The notes beneath the pieces are model-generated. The model was not told the DNA's origin. It saw only the letters and a program-made list of their open reading frames with translations, and did no database searches. Made by a program: the position numbers and the translations under genes. Shown piece after piece: positions 27,635 to 39,251 of a stretch of DNA of 64,000 bases. The stretch's first letter is position 1; each line of letters begins with the position of its first letter. Source of the stretch: Kudoa neothunni (lineage: Eukaryota; Animalia; Cnidaria); the NCBI GenBank assembly GCA_964304625.1, contig OZ199839.1:4748559-4812558 (forward strand). Direction: 5' to 3'.

Positions 27635-28018
27635 CTACCATAATTGACCATTCCCATATTGATGGGGATCGTACAACAACATGGTTGTATTCAGATTACC
27701 CACTCCACACAATATGCAATTCATTTTTAATGTCTGCCGAAACATTGAGATTTCTCTGAAAAATTCATGCTTACCGATTCGATGTCGGCAAGCGGCACAA
27801 TCATGCTCGAAAAATACTTGTTCAACATCGTCCTCAATTACCCTATATAAACAATCTTCCATTAATGTTTTCTCTCCACATTTTATGCATCCTAAATCAA
27901 CTAAATAATATCCTAATAGTATACAATAGCAACCCTTATAGTTGGGTATGTGAACGCCCCTCTGGTCGCATCGAATTCCACGATTACAAAACGGCTCTAT
28001 CACGCACTTCTCGCACAT
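27635..28018 (-). CDS. CHURC1: Churchill zinc-binding protein, paralog 2 (divergent)
   Basis: MCEKCVIEPFCNRGIRCDQRGVHIPNYKG|CIKCG...EHDCAACRHRIGKHEF...MNCILCGVG...LLYDP. The 42-nt intron 27892-27933 sits at the same position as in paralog 1. Confidence 0.9.
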   Translation of the reverse strand: MCEKCVIEPFCNRGIRCDQRGVHIPNYKGCYCILLGYYLVDLGCIKCGEKTLMEDCLYRVIEDDVEQVFFEHDCAACRHRIGKHEFFREISMFRQTLKMNCILCGVGNLNTTMLLYDPHQYGNGQLW

Positions 28019-29142
28019 TACTCTTTCCAGGTTGAACCCGAAAACACTCGTTAATGCTAGCTCAAGATCTGAGATAGCGGAAAAAGTTAATTACTGTCAC
28101 CAGACTGATCTACTTAGAACAATATTACCGTAAAAATCTGAATCTTAACCATAGTAAAAACTATTAATGGTCATTATCGTTACGGATTTCCACCAGTCAG
28201 GCCTTATTCTAAACAATCTGTCTTTTTTGATAGCATCTAACACATATTAACCAGTATAATTTAAATTTCTTTTCTCGCGTAATATTTATTTGTTGCGCAA
28301 GAATAAAAATAATGTTATGGATTTTAATTAGCAATTCTTAGTTTTTTAATATTCTATTCTAAAGTCGCTAATAATCCAACATAATAGTCCCGGTGGTAAG
28401 ATAACAATCACAGTCGACTAATTAATAGCTAACACCCTTTAATGTGTTGATATTAATAGATATATTAACAGTTGGAATTTTAGGCATCAAAAAATTAACG
28501 AGATATCGATCGATCTACTGAAATAACCAATACTGACTCTATAAATGTGGGTAATTAACTTACTTTAATAAGATTAAAGCCAGTTCCATGAACGAAAAAT
28601 ATCCTTTTTTGTGTGATACTTTATGCTTCATTGCAATTTATTAAATATAACATTTTGTTTAGCCACACGCTTCTGTTCGTATAGCTGTATTAGAAGATTA
28701 CATAGCTTCAGATAAACTGTTAATTAGGTATCTAAAGTAAGCTAATTTTTTTGCAATTGTTGAATAACTGAAAAAGTCCCCCAAATATTATTTAAATGAA
28801 AGTTAATCCAATAATATGATTGGTTTAGAATTATAGAAATATTTGACACTTACTTAATAAAAAATAAAAATTTAGTTATTTCTTATTTATTTGGAATTAT
28901 AAGGAAACTAATTGAATTTCTATCAAGTGCACTTCCCACGAGAATTAAATGAGTCAACAACAAAACCCATATTCTCTCATCCATTTAATTCAGATTTTAC
29001 AATCTACAATATTTTATTATAATTTAAAAACATATCAAGATAAAAGAGAAAATATTGGTGTATACAATCATACATTTTAAATTTTGACTCTCACGTGGCC
29101 TCGTTGATTTTCGTGTTGTGGACGTTAGAGTTTTTAGGGAAA

Positions 29143-30719
29143 ATGCTCAGAGTAAACCAATTTTCTAGCGTTGTGAAGCGAATGTCCACCTTTGCGGTTA
29201 AACTTAAATAATTTTCTTCCTTTTGGATATGTTTTCGTAGGGTGGAAAAGCTAGAATCAATGCTGACAATTACACACGACCTATGAGCTCTACTAAACTT
29301 CCACTAAACACAGTTAATTCTCAATGAGTAGTGTATGAGCAATTATATCCAATAATAGATTATAAACTTTGTTCCACAACAAGAAGCGTGGATCGTTGAA
29401 CGTTTTGGAAAATTTAATTCCACTCTTTATGCGGTATGATGAGCCTTTCTAATGATGGATGATATTCATTTTTTTAATTATCTAATGTTTTTCGAATTTT
29501 AGGGAATTAACATTGTTATTCCGTTTGTTGACAAAATAAAGTATGTGCATAGCTTGAAAGAGGTAGCTTTTCAAGTTGGTTCTCAGTCTGCCATCACTCG
29601 AGGTATTCCATGTCAATAATTAAAACCCAAAAGTTATCCTGCTTTGCTTATTAAGATAATGTGGTTTTGCATTTGGACGGTGTGCTATTTTATCGGGTTT
29701 TGGATCCATACAAAGTGAGATTACTTAAATGTGGCGCTCTGAATAAACAGATTCTATGTTTTTTCTGTGATAGGCATCGTACGGAATCGAAAATCATGAA
29801 TACGCAATAACACAACTGGCCCAAACTACAATGCGTTCAGAGATCGGAAAAATGACCCTGGACGATGTATTCAAGGAACGCGAGCGCTTAAATATCAGCA
29901 TTATTGGTAATAGCGCTGCTTTTCTTAGCTGTAATGGTATTATTGCTTGTCTAAATGTAGAATCCATAAGAGAGGCTTCAGTTAATTGGGGATTGGAATG
30001 TATGCGTTATGAAATAAGTAATTGTTGATGAAATGAGATTTTTGAATTTTATCACCATTGTTTCTGCTGCGATTGTAGAGGATGTACAACCTCCCGTCAA
30101 GATTTTGGAAGCTATGCAATTGCAAGTGGAGGCTGAAAGAAAAAAACGTGCATACATACTCGAATCTGAAGGACAACGAGACGCTGCTATTAATCAAGCT
30201 ACTGGAGAAGCTGAAGCTGTTATGAGGAAGGCAGAGGCTCGTTCCAAGGCCATTAAAATTGTTTCAGATTCGTTATCACATGAGGTTTGTTCAATTTTGC
30301 TATACGAACCGACTGCTGAAATTTAACTTTACTCATTTAGGGTGGTACTCATGCGGCGTCGCTTGTGGTTGCTGAACAAGTATTAATTCATGCCAATCTT
30401 TAATTGGAATATTTTTCCATTTCATAGTATATTTCTGCTTTTTCAAAACTGGCCAAAGAATCGAACACTATTATACTTCCTTCTAACGTGAATGATGTCA
30501 CGTCGTCGGTTGCTCAAGTAATATGTTTTCTGATAAAAAATTTCCGTGAAAAATTTCTAGGCAATGACTATATTCAGTAAACTAAGCGCAAACAAAAAAG
30601 ATATGACTGAAGGTCATTTACCATACGGGTTGAAAAATGTAAATTCTTTGGCCAAAAATGGTGCATTTCGAGACGATTTCCTCATCGAAAACTCCCCCAC
30701 GTTCAATAAATCAAGCTGA
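29143..30719 (+). CDS. STOML2: Stomatin-like protein 2 (mitochondrial SPFH protein), ~11 exons
   Basis: Presequence-like MLRVNQFSSVVKRMSTF, then FVPQQEAWIVERFGKF, QSAITRDNV, DPYKASYG, QLAQTTMRSEIGK, WGLECMRYEI, MQLQVEAERKKRA and VAEQYISAFSKLAKESNTIILP. Confidence 0.95.
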
Positions 30720-31399
30720 TTTCAACAGAAATTGAGTTTTTAAATTTTGTTATTTGGTGGATATTTAATTGTTGTGTGTAAAATTCGACTAGATTACGCC
30801 GGTTTATTTTTGTTGCTAAAATATAATGTTATCAAAATTTATGGAAATGTTTGATTGAAGCTAAATCACTGCGCCCACTCATTTAAGCAATAGATGAGAC
30901 CTTGTATATGATGTGAGCGGTTTATTTAAAATTTTATCGAACAAGGATACTAGGCGGATGAAACGTATATTTTTTGTGCTAGATATGTTAAATTTGGAAT
31001 TAATACGACTAAAATTGGATTAGGATTAGAAAATTATACATAAAAATGAATTTTGAATTATTTTTATTAGATCATTTAAACCCGTAACTAATTTTGAGTA
31101 GATATAATCCCAAATTTTTCGGATAAATAAATTCATAAAATTATTATAAATGAATTCTTAGATTATTAATTTATTCTGTGGAGTAAACTTAATAAATACT
31201 TACGATTATTATGCATATTAATCCTATATTATCTCTATTCAGTAAATATCGAAGTGGAAACATTAATAAAGACCTTCTAGATAATTTAAATATGCTTCTG
31301 TTTAACTTAAATTCATTTATAATAAAAAGATAAATCCTAATAAAGCTAAGATATGATTTGACTTTAAAAAATTAATCGCATGAGTGAATGGGGAAAAAT

Positions 31400-32500
31400 A
31401 ATCAATGACAATCTTCGCAGTCTCTTGCCATTTCTTCTCTTCTACGGAAGAAAAATGAGTTTCATTCTAGTAATGCTATCGATGAGAGAATATTCAAGTT
31501 TCTAGAGAATGCGTTATGCGACTTTTTAAAATTTTGTTGCTCGTATCTTTATTTCATTAGCAAAAGTTTTAGACGCATTTAGAAATTTCTCGGAGAAAAT
31601 TTAATCATGAGCTTTTTCATCAATAAAACATTGATTGATGTCAAATCTACCATATTAAATGATACAGCAATTTGCTATCTTTTGGTGTAGCAGTGAACAA
31701 ACAGATGCCATCATTTGGTCGATTGTATCCACACCCTCTCTTGTACGATACTAGTACAACCTTGTCTCAGGCTATTGGATTTCGACATAATATGCTTTGA
31801 AAAATTAGAAGTTCTGTTGATGAAAATAAAAAATATTTTTTTTAATTATATAGGTTGCGAGAATATTTTTTTAGCAAAAGGAACGTCAAACAAAGCAGAT
31901 TTCTACTTTATGAATGATAAATACATTGTAATGGTTCTAACTTCTAGATCAAAATTCCCTTAATATTTGTGCCATTTTCGTAACGATATATGAGTGAGGT
32001 TTTCAAGAGAAAAAATTGCCTGCGATTATAATCCTTCGCTGGTAAAATAATGGGATGGCAAAAGACGACACCGTTTTTCTCAAAAATATAATCTTAATGT
32101 AGATTGGTCTCCGTTCTTCCCAAGGTATTGAATAATATTTAAAGCGTAGTCATATGTTTAATTATTCCACAAGAAAAATTTTAAGCCACATTCTTGGAAT
32201 TTTGTAGTATATATTATCTAAATAGATATTGCCTTCGAAAGAAAATTAATTAATCTTCTATGTTATGCCTAGATTTGGTGAGGAACATAATGGAAAATTC
32301 TTATCCATAAGTTACAAAACTTAATAATTTTGAAGAGTTTTAATGATTTTTTCATCATAAACTGGTGCTTAAATGTTAAAATTCAATGATCTCAATATTT
32401 TTCTGAATCGATTACATGGATATAACTTCAGTATATTTCTTTATTTATAATGAAACTAAAAATATTAATCAATGGCTCCTCCTTATCTTTGTGCAACACC
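31400..32500 (-). pseudogene. Highly decayed piggyBac transposase relic
   Basis: Minus strand reads EGVDTIDQM then MVDLTSIN (cf. piggyBac YNxTKGGVDxxDQM...IDxxxxN). Many stops; boundaries approximate. Confidence 0.45.
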
Positions 32501-32937
32501 ATTCGAATTTACACCCTTGAGAATCCCATAAATTCATTGATATTGATATCATACCAAGAATCCCTTAAGCACATATTGGAAATATAATTGTAAATTTGAT
32601 TACTTACTTAGTCACTAATTCTTTGTCTTTTAAAGATATAAAATCAACATAATATTTCATTCTCTCTAAAAACTATGCTGTAGGACTAAGCTCAGAGTTC
32701 ATAATATTCTCCACTTACGTAAATATTAAGACTCCGAGCTCTGATATTTTATTTTAATAGAATATGGTCTGATTTTATTTATTAAGAATTAGTAAATTAA
32801 GTAAAAATTAGAGAAACAGTCACTTAGTTCACTTCCAAATGGATTCAAATCATCACTATGTTCCCAGAGACACCGAGAGATAGTTGACTGCTTCACTCCT
32901 CAAAATCAAAGTTAATATAGATTTTTACATAAAATAA

Positions 32938-34600
32938 CTAGCACAAAAGCCCCACTTCGCGAAGGCTTCCTTTCCAGCCAAGTAGGCTAACACCTGGCTC
33001 AGACTAAAGCCTTTTTGATTTTTAAGTAAATGGCGCTAATGCCCAGTTTGGCCTGGTACAGTGTGATAGAAAATTTTAACTTTTTTATTTTTCAATGGAG
33101 AAATTTTACGGAAGAGTTAATCTAATCAGCACTTTAAACCCTGTAAATTTTGTTTCTATTTTAATTTATGCATTTTAAAGCTTGTCATTATTTTTGCAAT
33201 GTGATGATTTAGATAAACGAAATTATGCGCACACTTTCCATCCAAATATAAATAGAGGTATGGAAAGAAATTAATGAGTAGTTTTAACTTTATTTTACAA
33301 ATTATTGACCAAAACTATGATGAACTTAATTTTAAGAGAAATGTAATTAGCGATTAAAGTTCAGTTATTTATGAAACAAAATCATTAAGCAACTTAAGAT
33401 TCCTCCGAAATATAAATATTAATTGTTACTCCTTTTTTCGCAATTTTATAATGATGCCAATGATGTTTTGAAAAGCCGTGAACAGTAACTTACGTATTCA
33501 TTATTGTAACAAAATTTCCTGATTTATAAATAAATCCAACCTTGCTTTTTATCAAGAATACTTACTGGTTCAAAAATATGCACAGTTAATTAATAAAATA
33601 CGATTAAATCCAAAACGTAAAGGTGTTTTTGGTTTGAAAAATTACAGTAATGCTTAAACATCAACTGGTTTTCTTGGAGGAATGGAATGCACCCTTTTAA
33701 AAATTAACGTACTGTTTGATTGCCCTAAAAATAATTTCTTTGTATTGAACTATTCTTAGATTAACGAAAACTATGTGAAAATATCGGTTAGATCGAATGG
33801 ACCAATTATTTCTTATTAATCTACATGGCACGTATTGAGAGTGGACTGTATTTTGTGCAAAAGTAATCGTGAATATAAATTCATAAACTACGTATAGAAT
33901 GAGGTGTCGCATACTTTTATGCAGCTTTTATATCATAATGAATTAATGCGAGCTTAAAGAAAACGGTATATTGATTTGAATATTAACCTTAAGGTCTGGG
34001 GATAAGGAATAATTAGGATACATATAGACACTCAAATTATTCCAATGTGGCAACAATTTGTTATCTCAAATTATGTGTTTTATTTAAAATGATCATAATC
34101 TATTTTTCTTAACTATATCCATAACGTTCGAAAAGAAAAAATACATACCAAATAACTTGTTTATGCTTCAAATTTTAAGGAAATGCGACAACTCTTGTAA
34201 ATGTGACATTAATAGTTTTATTTGTCACAAAAGTAATCCGAACAGGCATATGTAAAATTTTTAGAACATTCTATACCATAATTAAGAGACTCTTTTTCTA
34301 TATAGTGAGTAAAAGTTCATTTTATTTGGCTATCAATCAGAAATAAACAAATATCAATATTATGCAGGTGTTTTTAATCTGCTATATGTGAAGACAACCA
34401 GAAAATTCCTTACTTCGGACTGTGTTATTGACTCTATTTATACTTCTAAGTGAATGATCCATTTTCATTAATGGTTTTATCTATTTAAATACAAACTTAC
34501 AGCTATATTTAAAGAAATTTCTCCATGGCACATGCGTACTACTGCAAACTGACACGCACACACACACGGACAGACATAAGAACTTTATTATTTATATAGA
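32938..34600 (-). mobile_element. Non-autonomous Helitron, left copy
   Basis: 5' end A|TCTATATAAATAATAAAG followed by a GTGT microsatellite. 3' end has a GC-rich hairpin (AAGCCTTCGCGAAGTGGGGCTT) then CTAG|T. No TSD. Homologous to 39252-41147. Confidence 0.85.
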
Positions 34601-36849
34601 TATATAATAATTAGCTTAAATAATTAAATTAATCTACAAGGAAATATACATTGGATAAAATCTTAAAAATGCCATGATAGACTAGGATGTTTTTCAACCC
34701 AGAATCAATTAAAAAATAAAATTATTATAAAGTATAATAGCGACAAAAGTAGGAAACCGACCAAATTCGCAGAGGGAATCAATCCAGATCAAATTTTGTG
34801 TTCAAATTAGGAAATATTTAGAAATGGTATATCAGCTTTACATTAAGTGTGATATAGGTTCAAACTGCGACTCTTGTAAAATTTTGATTGATTTATTATA
34901 TTTTTTAGTAAAATTACTAGCTTTATAATTAGTTAATTTAACAAAGGAAACAACTTATTTAATAATAAAATATATATCATTAGTTAAGAAAGATGATTCA
35001 GAATTAATATGAGAATATTGATATTTGGTTTAAAAATCGTCGTTTGCTCCATTTCGAGTTATTATGAGTGGTGAGAGGTAAAGGGTCGTAGAGATTCAAA
35101 ATGGTATCATCTTTCATAAGAATGTTTTAATGTGACTGCAGATTTTTTCATTCAACAATGGGATAGATCGAAAATTTAGAAAATAGTTGACGAATGCTAC
35201 GTGGGCCAAGAATATTATCTTGAAATATCAAGTTGTCTCATTAATGTGGCGAGATTTTAAGTCTGGATATCGCACATAAAGTTATAATGCGAGGTAATAG
35301 GGTTTTGTTTTGACTTAGCTGTGAAATTGTTCGAAATTAATAAGCTGAGATAAAAATTAAAGTTTAAAATGTGAATATGGAAAGATATTTTGTTCACTCT
35401 TCAAGAGATACAACCTAGATCCCCCTCCCCCTTTTAGCAATGGATGATCAGATATGATGAAGAAACTTGGTTCACCTATGCTATATCAGTTAGTTTTTAT
35501 ATTAACTTTCTGAAATGTGGCTAAAACATATGGAAAGACAAGAAATTTATAGTTGACAAATTTAATGTAATGAATGTAAGGAAGAATAACGAATTTGAAA
35601 TTCAAACAAATAATTACAATAATTTTTACAGCCCTCCTTTGAGAAATGATGCCGTCCTAACGTTATGATAAGATTATTGTATATTTCTGAATAAAAAGCA
35701 GAAACAATATTAAGAAAATATGTTGGAAAAATTCAGCAATGATTAAGCATTTAATGTATATAAAGAATATGATTCTACAAAAGATTATAAAAGAAATGAA
35801 AAAAAGGGAATATTTACCCAATAAACTGATCTTAATCACCTCTTCAGACAATCATCTAAAAATAAACTATCAAAAATATTAGCAAGTAAACAATTAAATA
35901 CCTCAGATTAAAAATAATTTTGATAATTTTACTTTAAATTGTTATTTGGTATAGAAAACCGGACGTCTACTGTTAAAATATAACGTTTAGTCTTGATTTT
36001 TCCAATAAGATAGCTCGAACAATCTTCCAAAAGTTAATTTTGTAATCAAGCAACCCCACAAATACTATAATCATTAAATTCTACAGTTGGGATTCGGTCA
36101 ACAAAAACTCTACAACAACATTTATTTATTGAGATTAAACTAAAAGAATACTTGATTTCCATGTTGGTGTAATATTGATCATTATTTGTTGTAATGGCGG
36201 AATAGAGTGGCAGTACTTTTGATGTTGTCAGGATAGTTCTTAGGAAAATGCACAATTTCAAATAGACTTTGGAGTTGTAATTATTCTAATTACCACTCAT
36301 CAAATCAATAGAAATGTCAACCGAAATAACCTTAGAAAATATAGGATTATTAAAATGATATTTATCATCTCTAGGTGCATATAAAATTAGTATCCAGAAA
36401 ATAACAAAGCCAGAAACCTATCAATATATTCGGAGCTTATGGTCCAAAGTTCAACAAATGATTCATGATATAAATCCTAAAAAATTATATAACATAAAAA
36501 GTCCAATGAGACTTTTCTAAGTGGCTGCGATGACTTCAAAGTGAATAAAATTGCCACAACTGACGGTATAGATCTAGCAAAGTAAACTTTTTCATTTATA
36601 CTCTCAATAATTCTTCTAAATTGACTACATAGATGAGTATTCGATAAAACCAGATTAAACTAGGTCGATTCGTCAATTCTTGGTCGAAATTAAAATAAAA
36701 ATACCCAAAGCTTTTCTTTCCTTTGTGAACTATTCATTTTAGGTGAATCGTTTGATTTTAACGTTATTGGTTGTTTAATTTTTATGTTATTATTATCTAA
36801 AGATACACAAACCGGATTCACTGAGTCTTCTCCCTTGATTCTGGAGCCG

Positions 36850-38500
36850 ATAGTAAGTTCCACTATCTACGCACATTAGATTTTGTTGTAATGGTCAACA
36901 TGCGTGTAAATTAGTTCACATAACAATTTTTTATATACTTTGTATATAAAATTCCTCAAGTAAGTCATGGCTGTGTTAGTTTCATCATACCAGCTTGATG
37001 GGTCCGATGACATATCTCCCCTTACGCTAGGTTAAAACTGAATCGATTCCTACGTTTGTTATTAGGTAATAAATGCAACCAAGATAATTTAAATAAAAAA
37101 TGATTGATTTTAAAACAGCATGCGCACGCCCGTTTGGTTTAAATTGATCATGCTACGAGCGTGTGGACTGTCGTCAACAACCCTATTCAAAAGTTCTAAC
37201 AATAACATCTTAAGAATGTATCACCTTGAGAGTAGAAAGAGAAGAAACCCACCTAAACGACAGAAATACGTAACACGACGTTTCCGGCCAGATCCTAAAT
37301 TAAATGTGCTATGGGGACGAAGTGTGTGGGAAGCTGGTTTCTCTTATAAGCTATATGCTGAACCGTTATTCAATTGACCAAAAAAATGATTCAATAGCTG
37401 TTTCTTAGGTACCATCTAAGATGGCAAGCGAACACAGTTTCCGCCAGTTTATTTAGCAATACGCTGAATCGATATGTGACCATAGATCTCACTGTGGAAA
37501 CACTTTACGATATTGAATGATGATGGTGGAATTGATAACTATTTAGCTAATAGAACCGATGAAGATTTGAATTCAAATATTGGATCTCGTTTAAAAAAAA
37601 TACCTCGAAGATTTTCGAAAACATCCATCAATTCCCTGAGGAATATGTAGGGCAATCGTTTCGAAAATTCACGATTTTTTAAATGAATTTGGTTTCTAGG
37701 ATGAAAATGGCATCCGTGTTATTCTACCTACAGTCCATGCAATCGATTTGGTAGGTTTTGACCGAATTTTAAGACCGATTCATGTGGATAAATATGTTAA
37801 ACCTCCCAAAGCAGTTCCAATTCAACCAGTTGATATTATCGATTGTTTAGAACAATCTGTTTGCTTTATTTAATTTTTTTTATTGATTTGTGATATGATT
37901 GTTTCTAAGTTATTCTTTAACTGAATTGATCTGCCACGATATTTAATTGTTGAAGCAAAAAACACACTTCTGATTAAATATTTAACAAGAGTTGACACTA
38001 AATCGAAGCATTTTCTAATTAATGTTAGCGGCACTAAGTCAACCCTAAAGGTTGCTTTAATGAGGCTATAATGTTGGCTAACGCAACAGTGTGCTTGGCG
38101 TGCTCTCGATGGCACTCCTTTTTACGTTCCTTCAATCTAGAGTGAGTTATTCATAAGAATATCACTCATTGAGTATTACATGGTACTAACGTCATCTATT
38201 TGCTGTGCCTTTACAAAATAGCTATTCTACATTGAAGTTAAACGATTTAATAAACTCTCGTGTAACATACTGATAGATGTCGTACTTTTTCTTGTCTATA
38301 CAATTTCATGCATTCATCATATTGGAGTTCGTTTCGGTTGATTTGATCATCAATAATGGATAACTCCGCCTCCAGCTAAATTGATTCAATGTCTACGTTC
38401 TATATTTATTTGGATAAGTTTTTACTGCGTTCAATTGAGATGCACAATATAAAGCAGCAGACTGCATTAATTCGCCCTCGTCGTACGCCATTTCTAACCA
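36850..38500 (-). mobile_element. Probable highly decayed Ty3/Gypsy gag-pol relic
   Basis: Weak remnants in gag-RT-RNaseH-integrase order on the minus strand: PBS-like TGGCGTACGACGAGG (~38490), YGHISI, PKKQLLNHFFGQLN, AHLI/PIAH-like and HRTHQAGMMK. All are heavily disrupted. Confidence 0.3.
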
Positions 38501-39251
38501 ATAGTATAAGGTAAATGATCGGTGGTATTTTTTCGGACAAAAACTGGATTTATTGGATAGTTTATTATATGATTAATTCAAAATTTGATATTCCTAATTA
38601 TTGCATACATACCGATGTTCCGACTTTGACACTATATTATTGGAACTTAACTTTAAATCACTTGTTTGTTTGGTTTCCAGTCTCGTAGAGGGGTACACAA
38701 ATACATCCAACTGTAATCGCTTGTTTGTTTTTTTAATATAAAGTTTAGTTTTATTTACTTTACCAAATACTTGTTAATATTGCTTATTATAAATGTTCCA
38801 TATCTGGGAGAAGCAAAAGCTTTTAATTGCCAACAGACTAAACATTTCTTAAAACAAACAAAGCATTACCAAAGTTAACAGGTTAAGCATTAAAAGGCTC
38901 CGAAATTATATAAAATCGAATTTTTGGAATGTGAAATATACAACACATAACATTTTATAAAAATAAATATACAAAATCATGGGATAAAAAAGAATTCATT
39001 AGGTTACTTGCTTTTGTGGCGGTGGAAAAGAAAACATCGAATTATGTTTTTGAAATAATTAATGTTAATTTCGGACGATTAATTATATTTTAAGTAGAAT
39101 TATCTTTAAATTTGTATATATTCAAATATAAAACCATATTTAAGGCCAATGCCTTCGAATTATGGGTGCGACGAGCATGAGACTCTGAATAGTTGAAGTT
39201 CCTAAAGCTATTATACTAAATATAAAATGCCTCTTCTACCTTTGCCTTTAA

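Noticed and set aside
33697-33912. 71-aa ORF in the left Helitron as captured cargo
   Set aside because: Frameshifted in the near-identical right arm and has no recognisable domain.
35900-36520. Possible piggyBac N-terminal relic on the minus strand
   Set aside because: Only vague similarity (FLALLFSG, PIFSKVIS) with no catalytic motif or termini.
37120-37377. 85-aa basic ORF on the plus strand
   Set aside because: Probably the antisense of the decayed retroelement-like region; no motif or splice support.
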